Origin: Octopus bimaculoides | Taxonomy: Eukaryota | Direction of reading: 5' to 3' | Length of the DNA stretch: 53,055 nucleotides | Assembly (NCBI RefSeq): GCF_001194135.2 | Contig: NC_068985.1 | Coordinates: forward strand, 2,060,989 to 2,114,043 | In this document: piece by piece, positions 1 to 10,562 of the stretch | How the letters are laid out: each line of letters begins with the position of its first letter | Position numbering within the stretch: the first letter of the stretch is position 1 | Notes under the pieces: generated by a model | Database searches by the model: none | What the model saw: the letters and a program-made list of their open reading frames with translations, nothing else | Told to the model about the DNA's origin: nothing | Made by a program: the position numbers and the translations under genes

Positions 1-625
1 TATATATATCTTTTTATAATTTCAATTCAAATAAAATTAAGCGATTAAAAATTCAAAATAGACAAATAAAGCAAAATAGAATAAGATAAAATGAAGTAAA
101 ATAAAATACTATAATAGTCCATTGGCTAAAATACTATATCTGATGACAAAACTTTAAAATGACAAAAAACTTTAAAATAATCTAACATCATTTAAAGTTA
201 TATTAGAAGGTCCATACTTCCCTCAAGGTACACGTAATAACAGCAGACTTCTATAGGTAAAATCCGTCTCTGCTCACCAAATTTACAAAAGTTCATAAAA
301 CCACTAGTCAAAAACATTGGTCAAAAACACACACAAGCACCTATGGCCATTTCAAGGGTTCACCACCGTGGTCCATACACATGATAGTGCAATCTGGTGA
401 TGATCCCCTCCTCAGGGTAACAATTACAAACAAACATCAGGACATGTATAGGCCCTTAGGTATAAAGGTATAGGCCTTTAGGTATAATCCTAGGTTAATC
501 CAAGCAGTATTTTGGCAATATTTTGAATGTTGCATTCATCTACTGTTTTACTCTTTATTCCACCATCTACAATTTCATTCCTTATAAATTGTAAATTTCC
601 CTGTCTATAACTTTCATACTCACAT

Positions 626-703
626 TGTCTCTGATGATGGAATACCCAGTGTACGGACATGCTAACCTATCACTTGGGATATCCCAGAAACAGTTGTAAG
701 ACA
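626..703 (+). ncRNA. Minimal type-I hammerhead ribozyme motif (Penelope-like element/retrozyme type)
   Basis: Stem I TGTCT(626-630)/AGACA(699-703); core CTGATGA 631-637; stem II TGG(638-640)/CCA(684-686) extended by ATACCCAGTG/CACTTGGGATAT with two bulges; GAAA 687-690; stem III C691-G696 with loop AGTT; cleavage triplet GTA 696-698. Confidence 0.8.
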
Positions 704-898
704 TCAAATTTACCTGACCCTAATTAAATATTCTAAATGACTTGAGATACTCATCCTGCCTTGGGTTTTTGCTGTCCTTTATCCTCTAATAAATACCAGC
801 TAATATGATATCCATAGCTCCAGCCTCAACTGTGAACTCAGAACATAACAGATGACCAATTATAGCACTTACTCATCAGGGAATTAAACCCCTCGTAT

Positions 899-1200
899 AA
901 CACACACACACACACACATGTTTGTTTTTTCTTTTTCTATGTTTTTTCAAATTACATATGTATTTACATATGTATGCATGTGTGTGCGTGCATGTGTGTG
1001 AGTGCGTGTGTATATGTGCGTGTGTGTGTGTGTGTTTACTATATTTTTTATTCCCTCAAATGTCTTGCTGGTGTACAGAAAAATATGCTTTAATGTAAGA
1101 ATATTCTTTTGTGGTTTTAGGCTTTGACTGCCATTTTTAGCATAAAAAAATCCATATGGTGGGATTCTCTCCATGTATGTTTCATACACTATTATGTATA

Positions 1201-1277
<77 letters not shown>

Positions 1278-1278
1278 A
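899..1278. repeat. Compound (CA)n/(TG)n/(TA)n microsatellite region
   Basis: Direct inspection: CA run ~899-918, degenerate TG 975-1035, TA then TG 1195-1278. Confidence 0.9.
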
Positions 1279-1299
1279 TACTTAACAGAATTGAGGATA

Positions 1300-1638
1300 A
1301 AATCATGTTAATGATTATATCAAGTGGCCAACATGAAATAAAGCCATGTAGGTAATTTATATACTAAATTAATAATTACACATACATAAATATATTAAAG
1401 GGATCAGGAAATAACCTTCTCCAACATGCTGAAAGTAGATCCCAAAGACATTTTGTAGGAGTTATACATTGGTTTTTTAGTGCCTTTGGCATCTGCTTTC
1501 AGCATGTTGGAGAAGGTTATTTCCTGATCCCTTTAATGTAATTATATAATTATAATAAATAATTATTAATTTAGTATATAAATTACCTACAAGGTTTTAT
1601 TTCATGTTGGCCATTCGATATAATCATTAACATGATTT
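1300..1638. repeat. ~340-bp foldback (long inverted repeat)
   Basis: Arms 1300-1449 and 1482-1638. Outer segment pairs 75/79 and inner segment 55/59, with a short non-matching internal loop between them and a 32-nt central spacer. A partial extra copy of the spacer/right arm lies at ~1948-2022. Confidence 0.9.
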
Positions 1639-2026
1639 CAATGACTAATAAAATATTTTTTGCTCCTGATCGAAATCACATTTCCTGTGAGGCTGTTTCA
1701 ATAAAAACATGTGGCTGAAATGAAAAATAAAAAATTTGACTTTATCTGGTGCACAGAGATTTGTATAAGGATGCACGCCTTTGCTTCGAATGGGTATGTA
1801 TAAGCATCTGCGATTAGGGTCTTTGAATATTGTGTTGAGGATGGAAAATAAGTTCTTTTTATTGCTTTAATCCCAAGATTGGATCCAATGCACAATTTAC
1901 TGTGAAGTTTTATCTAGTATTTTTCATTTGCCTGCTTGCAACCCGTGTTTTGTAGAAATTTAACAGTGGCTTTTTTAGTGCCTTTGGCATCTACTTTCAG
2001 CATGTTGAAGTTTATTTCCTGATATG

Positions 2027-2075
<49 letters not shown>

Positions 2076-2574
2076 NNNNNNNNNNNNNNNNNNNNNNNNN
2101 NNNNNNNNNNNNNNNNNNNNNNNNNNNNNNNNNNNNNNNNNNNNNNNNNNNNNNNNNNNNNNNNNNNNNNNNNNNNNNNNNNNNNNNNNNNNNNNNNNNN
2201 NNNNNNNNNNNNNNNNNNNNNNNNNNNNNNNNNNNNNNNNNNNNNNNNNNNNNNNNNNNNNNNNNNNNNNNNNNNNNNNNNNNNNNNNNNNNNNNNNNNN
2301 NNNNNNNNNNNNNNNNNNNNNNNNNNNNNNNNNNNNNNNNNNNNNNNNNNNNNNNNNNNNNNNNNNNNNNNNNNNNNNNNNNNNNNNNNNNNNNNNNNNN
2401 NNNNNNNNNNNNNNNNNNNNNNNNNNNNNNNNNNNNNNNNNNNNNNNNNNNNNNNNNNNNNNNNNNNNNNNNNNNNNNNNNNNNNNNNNNNNNNNNNNNN
2501 NNNNNNNNNNNNNNNNNNNNNNNNNNNNNNNNTATATATATATATATATATGATGGACCTTCATACAGTTTCTG

Positions 2575-2708
2575 TGTCTTCCAAATTAGTAAACATTGGT
2601 CAACCTAAGGCTATAGTAGAAGATACTCGCCAATGTACAGTGCAGAGGGACTGAACCCCAATTTACACAGGTGCCAAGTGAGCTTCCTTGCCACACAGCC
2701 ACATCTGT
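2575..2708 (-). mobile_element. tRNA-headed SINE family B, degenerate 5' part
   Basis: Reverse complement matches the head/body of the copy at 40305-40719 (gtggctgtgtgg...tcttctactatagcc). Confidence 0.65.
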
Positions 2709-2756
2709 TTCCTATGCTAAAAAAAAACGAAGTTATTATTATTTTTATTATTGGTT

Positions 2757-3075
2757 TTTAAGGTTAAACTGGTAGAAAATTCTTAGCAGAATTTCTTGAG
2801 ACTTTTTACTCTCTGAGTTCAAATTCCACCCAGGTCAACTTTACAATTTCTTCTTTCTAGGTCAATAAAATAATTAGCAGTCAAGTATTTAGGCAACGCA
2901 ATTGACTTGACCCCTCCCCTCAAAATGATTGGCCTTGTCAAAATTAAAAAGAATTATTATTATTGTTCTTGACATTTGCGTAACAAACTGGCAGAACCAT
3001 TACCAAACAAAGCATTCAGTCTCATTTCTTCTGGTTCGTTATATTCTAAGTTCAAATACTGCCAAGGTTCCATCA
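2757..3075 (+). mobile_element. SINE family A (tRNA-derived, ATT tail): one degenerate copy plus a partial head
   Basis: Shares ctggcagaa...ttctgagttcaaattcc...ggtcaataaaataa...ggccttgt with the copies at 10333, 13010 and 50397. Confidence 0.7.
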
Positions 3076-3111
3076 TTTTGATTGGCCAAAATTTGAAAGA
3101 ATAATTATTAT

Positions 3112-3484
3112 TCACAGAGGCAAAGTGGCTGTGCCGTTGGCACATGAAAAGCTCCTTTCGAGTGTTGGGCCTTGTGGAGTCAATGACCGAGACCTTTAGC
3201 ATTATGTTGTGCTTGAGAAGAAAACCCATCAAGCTGAGCAAAATCACAGTCGTGGCAGATACCAGTGTCACACAAATGGCACCCATGCCAGTGGCACATA
3301 AAAGCACCCATTACACTCTTGGAGTGGTTGGCATTAGGAAGGGCATCCAGCCATAGAAAACCATGTCAGACCAGACTGGAGTCTAGTGTAGCCTTCCAGC
3401 TGGCCAGCCCTGGTCAAACTGTCCAACCCATGCCAGCATGGACAACAGACGCTAAAGGATGATGAGGATGATGATGATGATGAC
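3112..3484 (+). mobile_element. 3' end/UTR of an RTE/RTEX-like LINE with (GAT)n tail
   Basis: Contains ggagtggttggcattaggaagggcatccagc...ccaacccatgccagcatgg followed by (GAT)n. Same family as 48113-48345, 50686-51236 and the UTR attached to the RTE ORF end at 27546-28076. Confidence 0.75.
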
Positions 3485-4894
3485 TGTTGGGAATGTCACT
3501 CTCAACACCAGCTCTGTAAAATCTTTGAATTTTTCATGTTTTTCACCTGAATTGAGTTGTGTTCAGCTTAAAATGTTTGTCACCTCCTCAGAGGGATAGA
3601 ATTTCCTCCTCTTCTTTTTCCACTTTTCTCAATCTGCACACATCAGGAGTGCTTTGCTGAATTTTAAATTTGGTTTCACAGAACAGTCAGTTTTTCTTGA
3701 AAAAAAGAAACAGGAATCCCTTTGGAGAAATAATAATATTCACCAGGGACAAATATAACACAACAGGGAAAGAGTGTTCCATTGAAAGGGAAAATGAGAG
3801 AGAGAGAGAGAGCGAAAGATGAATGTGCAAAGGTTTTGCTTAACAAGTTACAGAGTGTCGTTTCTATGATAACAGCAGATGACGTCAGAGAGGAGAGAAA
3901 AAGTCAGTGCCGACTGCTTCGAAATTACTCACTTTGGAACAACCTGCTGATACGAAAGCAACTACAGCAGCAAGAAGAAGAAGAAGAAGAAGAAGAAGAG
4001 AAAAGATGAGAAGACAAAGAGGACGTTTGTTCAATTTCAATGAAGATAGCCTCGAAGTTGATGCCTTCTAAGTCAAATAGTATTGGCAGTACAACCAGCA
4101 AAAATGGTAGCAGCATCTGTGTTGGTGCAATGCCTAAATGACAGAGCTATTTACCCAGTTACGTCTACCATAGACGCAAAGAAACGGTCAACTGAAAATA
4201 TAAGGCAGTTGATTGTATCTTGTTATTTCTAGAATAGTCCAAAGTTGTCAGTTAGCTTCTTGTTTTGTTATTTTACTTTGTAAGTTTTTGTGATCAGGCA
4301 GTTATCATGTAAAGCTAAAATCAGATTTCCCATTTCCCATTTCTATACGTTATGTAGAATGTTTGATCAATCGTTGGATTAAAGATTGACTTCATCTCTC
4401 TTCACTCTTACTGGATACAAATCATCAAGAGATAATAATTCTCTCCATTTTCTTTGGATTTTTTCTTTTTTTTTCTTTAATTCTGCCTTGTTTTTATTTG
4501 TTTCCTGCCTTTTCCATTGTTCTTATTTAATCTCTTGTAATATTTGCTTCTTTTGTTTGCGTTTTATTTCTTACTTTCCTGAGATTAGTTTCTTTTTCCA
4601 TGCTTCCTCATCAATACTAATCACTCACTTTAGCCTGACTTCCAATTTTTTCCTGACCTACTTCCCTTCCTTTGTTATTCCTTTCTTTTCTGGGGACCCC
4701 CTTCCTTTGTTATTCCTTTCTTTTCTGGGGACCCCCTTTTCCTTGCAAGGTGTATTATTTGTGGTTAAGGTACTGTGAATACATGTCTCACTGTCAGTAT
4801 TAAAACTCTGACAAAAAAAAAAAACCCAGCTAATTATACAGTAATGAAAACAGACCAAAATTATTTTCACTTTGAGGTAATTAACTGGCTGAAT

Positions 4895-5062
4895 TATAAT
4901 TATGCCAAGAAACAAACTTAAAATTGTTTCTCCCAACTTCATGTTCCGAGTTCAAATTCCACCAAGATCATCTTTGCTTTTCATCCTTTCTGGGCCAATG
5001 AAATAAGTGTCAGTTGAATACTGGGGTGGGGAGTGGGAGTTAATGCAATCAGCTACAGAAAC
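4895..5062 (+). mobile_element. SINE family A, degenerate
   Basis: ttccgagttcaaattccaccaag...tttgcttttcatcctttc...gaaataag; ends in an ATT tract shared with the R4 3' end. Confidence 0.65.
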
Positions 5063-5074
5063 ATTATTATTATT

Positions 5075-5374
5075 TCTATTTGTCTCAGTTTCTGTTGAAA
5101 CCCCTGGAGTCCTGTATGCATAGCAGGCTTGCAGCCTGCAGCCTACGATACCATACTATCTGTTCTTTTCAGCTATCTGATACTTTCCTGATTATTCTGG
5201 TCGTGCCAAGGAAGCAAAAGCTTTTCTAGCAGTTCTATGGGGCACTCCATTCCAATTTCCTTTATATTCCTCTTGATGCCTTCTGATATTGATCCCAAGG
5301 ACCCAACAATAATTGGCACTATCTTCACCCTCTTCATTTTCCATAGCTGAGCTATTTCATACTTAAAAGGCTTG

Positions 5375-5418
<44 letters not shown>

Positions 5419-6580
5419 CCTTCCAATTTGACTATTCGTGGGTCAAAGGGGCATGCAACATCAACTATATAGCACATGTGGTGCACCTTGTCAACCACCA
5501 CTAGGTCCTGTCTGTTATACTCTAGCACCTCATCTCTTCGGATTGGGAAATCCCAGACGATTTTGAAAGTTTCCAATTCTGCCATTCTCTGCAGTTTGTG
5601 CTCATACCACATCTTGCTTCCCTCTATCCCCCACTCTGCACAGTTCAAATATAGCACTTTCGCCACTTGATCATGTCGCCACAACTTGTAATGGTTTGGG
5701 GTAAGTCTAGGGCATTCTTTCATGATATGGGCAATGGTTTCATCCACTTTATTACAGACGCAGCACAACAGAGACACTTGCTCTTTCCCAAGGTTGACCC
5801 TTCAGTTTGTGGCCAAAGCTTGGTCTTGTGCTGCCAATACAGTGCTCTCAGCCTCTCTTTTTCAGTGATCCTTTCTTCAGCCAATCTCACCTATTTTTTT
5901 ACAGCAACTTCTGTGGTGGCTACATGCAATTGATTGCGTAGTTTCTTCTTGTGTAATTCTTCTTTATGTCCTTTTTGTACTTACTTTGTTTTTCCTTTTT
6001 TCTCTGCTTTCAATACTTCCTCATTCCTAACTGTCACTAGCAAGGTTTCCTTACTTTGGACTAAGTATCTCATTAAGTTCTTGAGTTCAATACATATGCA
6101 GTCTTTCGCACTTATCAGTCCTCTTCCTGCATTCTCTCTCTTCATGTATAGGTGATCAGTGTCTGCCCGTGGATGATGGGCTCCATGCATCGTTAGCAGC
6201 TTTCTTGTCTTCCCATCTAACTCCTTTAGCTCCTCCTCTGTCCACTTCAGGATTCCAGCACCATACCAAACTGCTGCTGATATACCACTTGGTATATGTA
6301 TGCCTTCTGTCTGGGCAAGCTTTCCTCATCTCAACACCATCGTAGCACATTTTGATAGTCCAAACTCCATCTTAATATCATTGGAGAAAATCCTCACAGA
6401 CTGGATGAGGCTGTCCAGTTCTGCCTCAGTTTTTGTGAACAACTCCAAGTCATCCATGAATAGCAAGTGGTTCAATTTTCCCTTACCTCTTCCCAGAACA
6501 TACCCCAACTTTGTCTTTTGAAGTATTTCCCTCAAGGGGATCATTCCCAGCACAAAAATCATGAGGGACATACTGTCCCC
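5075..6580 (-). pseudogene. R4/Dong-clade non-LTR retrotransposon family A, 5'-truncated and decayed (RT domains to REL endonuclease and 3' UTR)
   Basis: Minus-strand translation gives GDSMS..FVLGMIPL, LNHLLFMDDL, MEFGLSKCA, HHPRADTDHLY..RENAGRGL, C..C....ETIAHIMKECP..RHDQVA and WDFPI..NRQDLVVVDK..IVDVACPFD. It has frameshifts, an internal deletion near 6300 and a (TA)n insertion at ~5376-5416, and ends in an AAT tail. Confidence 0.92.
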
Positions 6581-7698
6581 CACGATGATAGGAATTGTTT
6601 CTGTTTTTAGATTCCACTTTTGAGTTGCCTCTATTTCCAGGTCTTTGTATTTTGAAAGTTTCTCCATTTCTTTTAGAGAAACGTTGTCAACTGCTGGTAT
6701 TGATACATCAATTAGAAAGCATTTTTTTTTTTTGCTTCATGATCTCTGACAACTATATCTGGCCTATTGGCCTTAATTTCTCTATCTGTAGGGTTGTTTT
6801 CTTGTTTTCTGTGACCTTTTCTGGCTTGTGCCTATACCATCTTTTTTCTGTTGTTATTCCATAGTGTTGGCATAGCTTCCAGTGTATGTAGGTCCCAGCT
6901 CTGTTGTGTCTGTGAATATATTCCTTCTTAGCCAGGACTGGGCAGCCAGAGATAATATGATTCATTGTTTCTTGTCCATCGCCACATATTCTGCAGTTAC
7001 TTGTTATGTTTCTTTTCATTATATGTTTTTGGAAATTTCTGGTGGGGAGGCTTTGGTTTTATGCTGCAATTAAAAATCTTCGGTCTCTGCTTTGAGTCCT
7101 GAGCTTCTCAACCATTGCTGGTATTTTTCTCTATGTATTTCTTTTGCATTTAGTTTAGCCCAGTATTTGCCATGAAGGGGCTTTTCTTACCATCGTTTTA
7201 TCATGGTCTGTTGCTGTTCTAGTTTTGGTTTGGATTTCATTTGTTTTATAGCTTTTGTTGTTTCTTCTTCTTCTTCTTCTTCTTCTTCTTCTTCTTCTTC
7301 TTCTTCTTCTTCTTCTTCTTCTTCTTCTTCTTCTTCTTCTTCTTCTTCTTCTTCTTCTTCTTCTTCTTCTTCTTCTTCTTCTTCTTCTTCTTCTTCTTCT
7401 TCTTCTTCTTCTTCTTCGTATTTGTTAGGTAGTATGATTCCTTGTTTGTATTTGTCAGCTTCCTTAAAGACTGAAAACAGTTTTTTGTTTTGCTTGTGTT
7501 TTGTGGCTATTTTTATTAGTTTTCCTTGCTTCTGGAGCAGGTATTTTTGCAGTCCTATGGTGGTTATTTTATAATAGTTTTCCAGCTGTATAAGACCCCT
7601 GCCACCTTCTCTACGTTGTATATATAGCCTTTCTATGTCAGGTTTTGGGTGGTGCATCCTAGATCCTGTCATTATTTTTCTTGTTTTCCTGTCTATTT
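6577..7698 (-). pseudogene. R4/Dong-clade family B body (post-RT region, CCHC knuckle, REL), bounded by an assembly gap
   Basis: HHPKPDIERLYIQRREGGRGL, CRICGDGQETMNHIISGCPVLAKKEYIHRHN, WYRHKPEKVTEN, KYKDLEIE..WNLKTETIPIIVG; contains stops and deletions. Confidence 0.92.
7262..7417 (+). repeat. Pure (TTC)52 / (GAA)52 tract inside the family B ORF
   Basis: 156 nt uninterrupted; in frame as poly-Glu in ORF 7187..7672. Confidence 0.95.
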
Positions 7699-7905
7699 NN
7701 NNNNNNNNNNNNNNNNNNNNNNNNNNNNNNNNNNNNNNNNNNNNNNNNNNNNNNNNNNNNNNNNNNNNNNNNNNNNNNNNNNNNNNNNNNNNNNNNNNNN
7801 NNNNNNNNNNNNNNNNNNNNNNNNNNNNNNNNNNNNNNNNNNNNNNNNNNNNNNNNNNNNNNNNNNNNNNNNNNNNNNNNNNNNNNNNNNNNNNNNNNNN
7901 NNNNN

Positions 7906-8156
7906 AGTTAGAAGTTCATGTAGGTGTTATACCTAGAGTACCATATATTTGGATTTGTACAGTTTTGTTCTAGTGAATGTTTAAGAAACCATAAGAAAAT
8001 TATGCGTTTGCTTTAAAATTTGAGATCACATAGACAGTATTTTACGTAGGATATGGGCAGTTCCCATGAGCACTATCTTTTGAACTTCAGCCATTTTGGG
8101 GTTTCCTGGTATCTGAGCTAGGTAGTAATCAGCCCGTTTCGCTGTCATTCCCAAGG

Positions 8157-8157
<1 letters not shown>
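7906..8157 (-). mobile_element. R4/Dong family B 3' terminus (ORF end + 3' UTR)
   Basis: ALGMTAKRADYYLAQIPG..KMAEVQKIVLMGTAHILRKILSM* followed by UTR; near-identical to 39675-39925. Confidence 0.9.
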
Positions 8158-8216
<59 letters not shown>

Positions 8217-8237
8217 TATTATTATTATTATTATTAT
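8158..8237. repeat. (ATT)n microsatellite
   Basis: Direct inspection. Confidence 0.95.
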
Positions 8238-8934
8238 AGTTGCTTGCTAGTGTTCAAGATCCACTACATCTTTCATCTTTCCAAGGTTGAAAACTAATTA
8301 TCAACCAGATTCAACAGGCAATTAAATCAATTACAACTTCCACTGAATGAGAGACTTTGTCTGACTAAACTTAGAAATCACTAACTACCACAACTGAAGC
8401 ATCAAACGCCAAAGCATAAAAGAAAACCAGTCCTTCTCGACATCAAATTATGTAAAGTAAAACAAAATTGAATTCATGAAATATACAAGAAGATATATAA
8501 AATCACAAAAATGACAAAAAAAAGTGATCAGTTTGAGGAACTCACCCCCAAATTCCAGCAAATTGAGATTCCTGCTGGAGACATCATCAGAAGTCTGTGT
8601 CTCATGTGAGAAATTATTACGAGAGAGAGGGCAAAAACCATTTCACGAGGCCTTTCAAGGAAACTCTCCCACTAAAAAAAAAACAGATTAATCAGTCTGT
8701 GAGATTAAGATATGCAACCTCACTTACTGCACAAAGCCATGTCTTGAAGTTGGTTCCAGAAATGCATGTGACTGGTGGTTGGCCTGAAAGCAAGATTAGT
8801 TGGTTAATGTCTTTGGATGAGAGGATTTGGATTTGGTGGCATCAGTGAAATCAGACTCCCAAGTATGCTTGGACTTAACAAGAATTGTAAGATAAATCTT
8901 TTGTTTGGCTTAGAATGAAAAGATATTTTTTCAG

Positions 8935-8980
8935 AAAGGCCTGGATCTGAAGGTACAGATGATCTCTCTGAACTTGGATT
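8935..8980 (+). CDS. Candidate small exon (46 nt)
   Basis: Acceptor atattttttcag and donor GTGAGT; two open frames (xRPGSEGTDDLSELG or KGLDLKVQMISLNLD). No homology recognised. Confidence 0.3.
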
Positions 8981-9064
8981 GTGAGTCAGTGATCCTGGAC
9001 ATCATCTGGACATGGAGAGTCACTTGTAGAGAGTCTTGAAACATTCATTGAGAATGTATTTGTT

Positions 9065-9262
9065 GAAATACATATGGGTTGCAAATTTTGGCACAAAACG
9101 ATTAGATCAACCCCAGTGTCCAAGTGGTATTTATTTTATGGACTCCTAATAGGAAGGGAGGCAATGTCGACCTCAGCAGAATTTGAACTCAGAATGTAAA
9201 GATGGACAAAATTCTGATAAACATTTCGTTCTGTGTGCTAACAATTCTGCCAGCTCATAGCC
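9065..9262 (-). mobile_element. SINE family A
   Basis: Reverse complement has gagctggcagaattgttagcac...ttctgagttcaaattctgctgaggtcgac. Confidence 0.8.
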
Positions 9263-9782
9263 TTTTTTGTTGAAATATATATTGGTTGCAAATATATTGA
9301 CTGACAGACGAATTAGTGAAAAGATATATTTGTAGAAAAAGGAATTAGTTGCAAGACATATTGACCAAAACCAGAGTCAGACTGAAGGTGGAAAAACTGT
9401 CAAAATATTAATATTTTTCAACTTTATGTGTAAAATCATTATAAATTATAATTATGAATATAATAATTTTTAACACTGTTACATTAAACAGATTAGTAAT
9501 CAAATCTCAATTCAGTAAATATCAATTTGTATCCGGAAATAAACTGAAAATATTATTTATTTTATAATTTATTATCATTTTAAATTTCAATAAGTTGCTT
9601 ACAAAAATGAAAATGACTTTCTGTATTTTCGATGAATCTGCCTTTTGATGAATTTGGTATTGATTAATATGTTTCCAATCAATTTTTCTTTTGACCAACA
9701 TGTCTTTCTATCAATAAATGTTTGAGCAATTTGTCTTTCAACAAATACATTTTCAATAAATGTATCTTATCTTCTTCTAAAG

Positions 9783-10001
9783 ACCTTCCTTCACTCGGCT
9801 TTGAAAAAGGAGGACATATTTTCTCTGTCTGGAAGTTTTGCTCAAAGAGATTGTAGAAGGTGAGTGTGGAGAGAGAAGTGCTGCACTTAATCAAATTTGA
9901 TGGAAGATGATTGCATATACAATTGATGTGTATGAGAGGGCCAGTGTTTCAATTTTGGTCAATTTGCAGTTGGGTGAGAGCAAGTTCTCTCAGGGAAGAT
10001 G
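9783..10001 (+). CDS. Candidate two-exon pair (9783-9859 and 9970-10001)
   Basis: Acceptor tatcttatcttcttctaaag, donor AAG|GTGAGT, 110-nt intron, acceptor tttgcag, donor G|GTTAGT. The splice keeps an open frame TFLHSALKKEDIFSLSGSFAQRDCRSWVRASSLRED. Product not recognised. Confidence 0.3.
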
Positions 10002-10207
10002 GTTAGTTTGCTCTAATTCTGCCAAAGTGGCATTCCCTACACTGCAGCTGTGCTTTTATTTCTACAAAACCACATAAATTTTTCATTGGTTTTTATAAAA
10101 TTCATATTTTCTCCTCCCCTGTGCATTCTGGAAGTAGATTTTGTACAAAACATTTTGTATCTCTCTGTGAGACACTGAGGGCCAAATTAATAATTGCTGT
10201 TGCATTT

Positions 10208-10250
10208 GCTGTTGTTGTTAATATTATTATTATCATTATTATTATTATTA

Positions 10251-10284
<34 letters not shown>

Positions 10285-10332
10285 CATTATTATTATAATT
10301 ATAATAATAATAATAATTATTATTATTATTAT
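10208..10332. repeat. (ATT)n/(AAT)n microsatellite
   Basis: Direct inspection. Confidence 0.95.
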
Positions 10333-10562
10333 TGAAGGTAGTGAGCTGACAGAATCGTTAGCACACCAGGCAAAACGCTTAGCAGCATTTAATTAATCCT
10401 GACGTTCTGAGTTCAAATTCTGCTGAGGTCAACTTTGCCTTTCATCCTTTCAGGGTCAATAAATTAAGTACCAGTTACGCACTGGGGTCGATGTAATTAA
10501 CTCATCCCCTGCCTCAAAATTTCAGGCCTTGTGCCTATAGTAGAAAAAATTATTATTATTAT
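10333..10562 (+). mobile_element. SINE family A, full length, flanked by (ATT)n
   Basis: A-box-like gagctgacagaatcgttagc, B-box-like gagttcaaattc, body aagtaccag...ggccttgtgcc, ATT tail. Confidence 0.88.

Noticed and set aside
3782-4009. ORF with LLRNYSLWNNLLIRKQL, vaguely SERTA-like
   Set aside because: The similarity is impressionistic only, it starts at a TTG inside a GA repeat, and no conserved motif could be matched.
7187-7672. Poly-Glu protein ORF as a host acidic protein
   Set aside because: The flanking residues are R4/Dong retrotransposon sequence and the Glu run is a microsatellite expansion.
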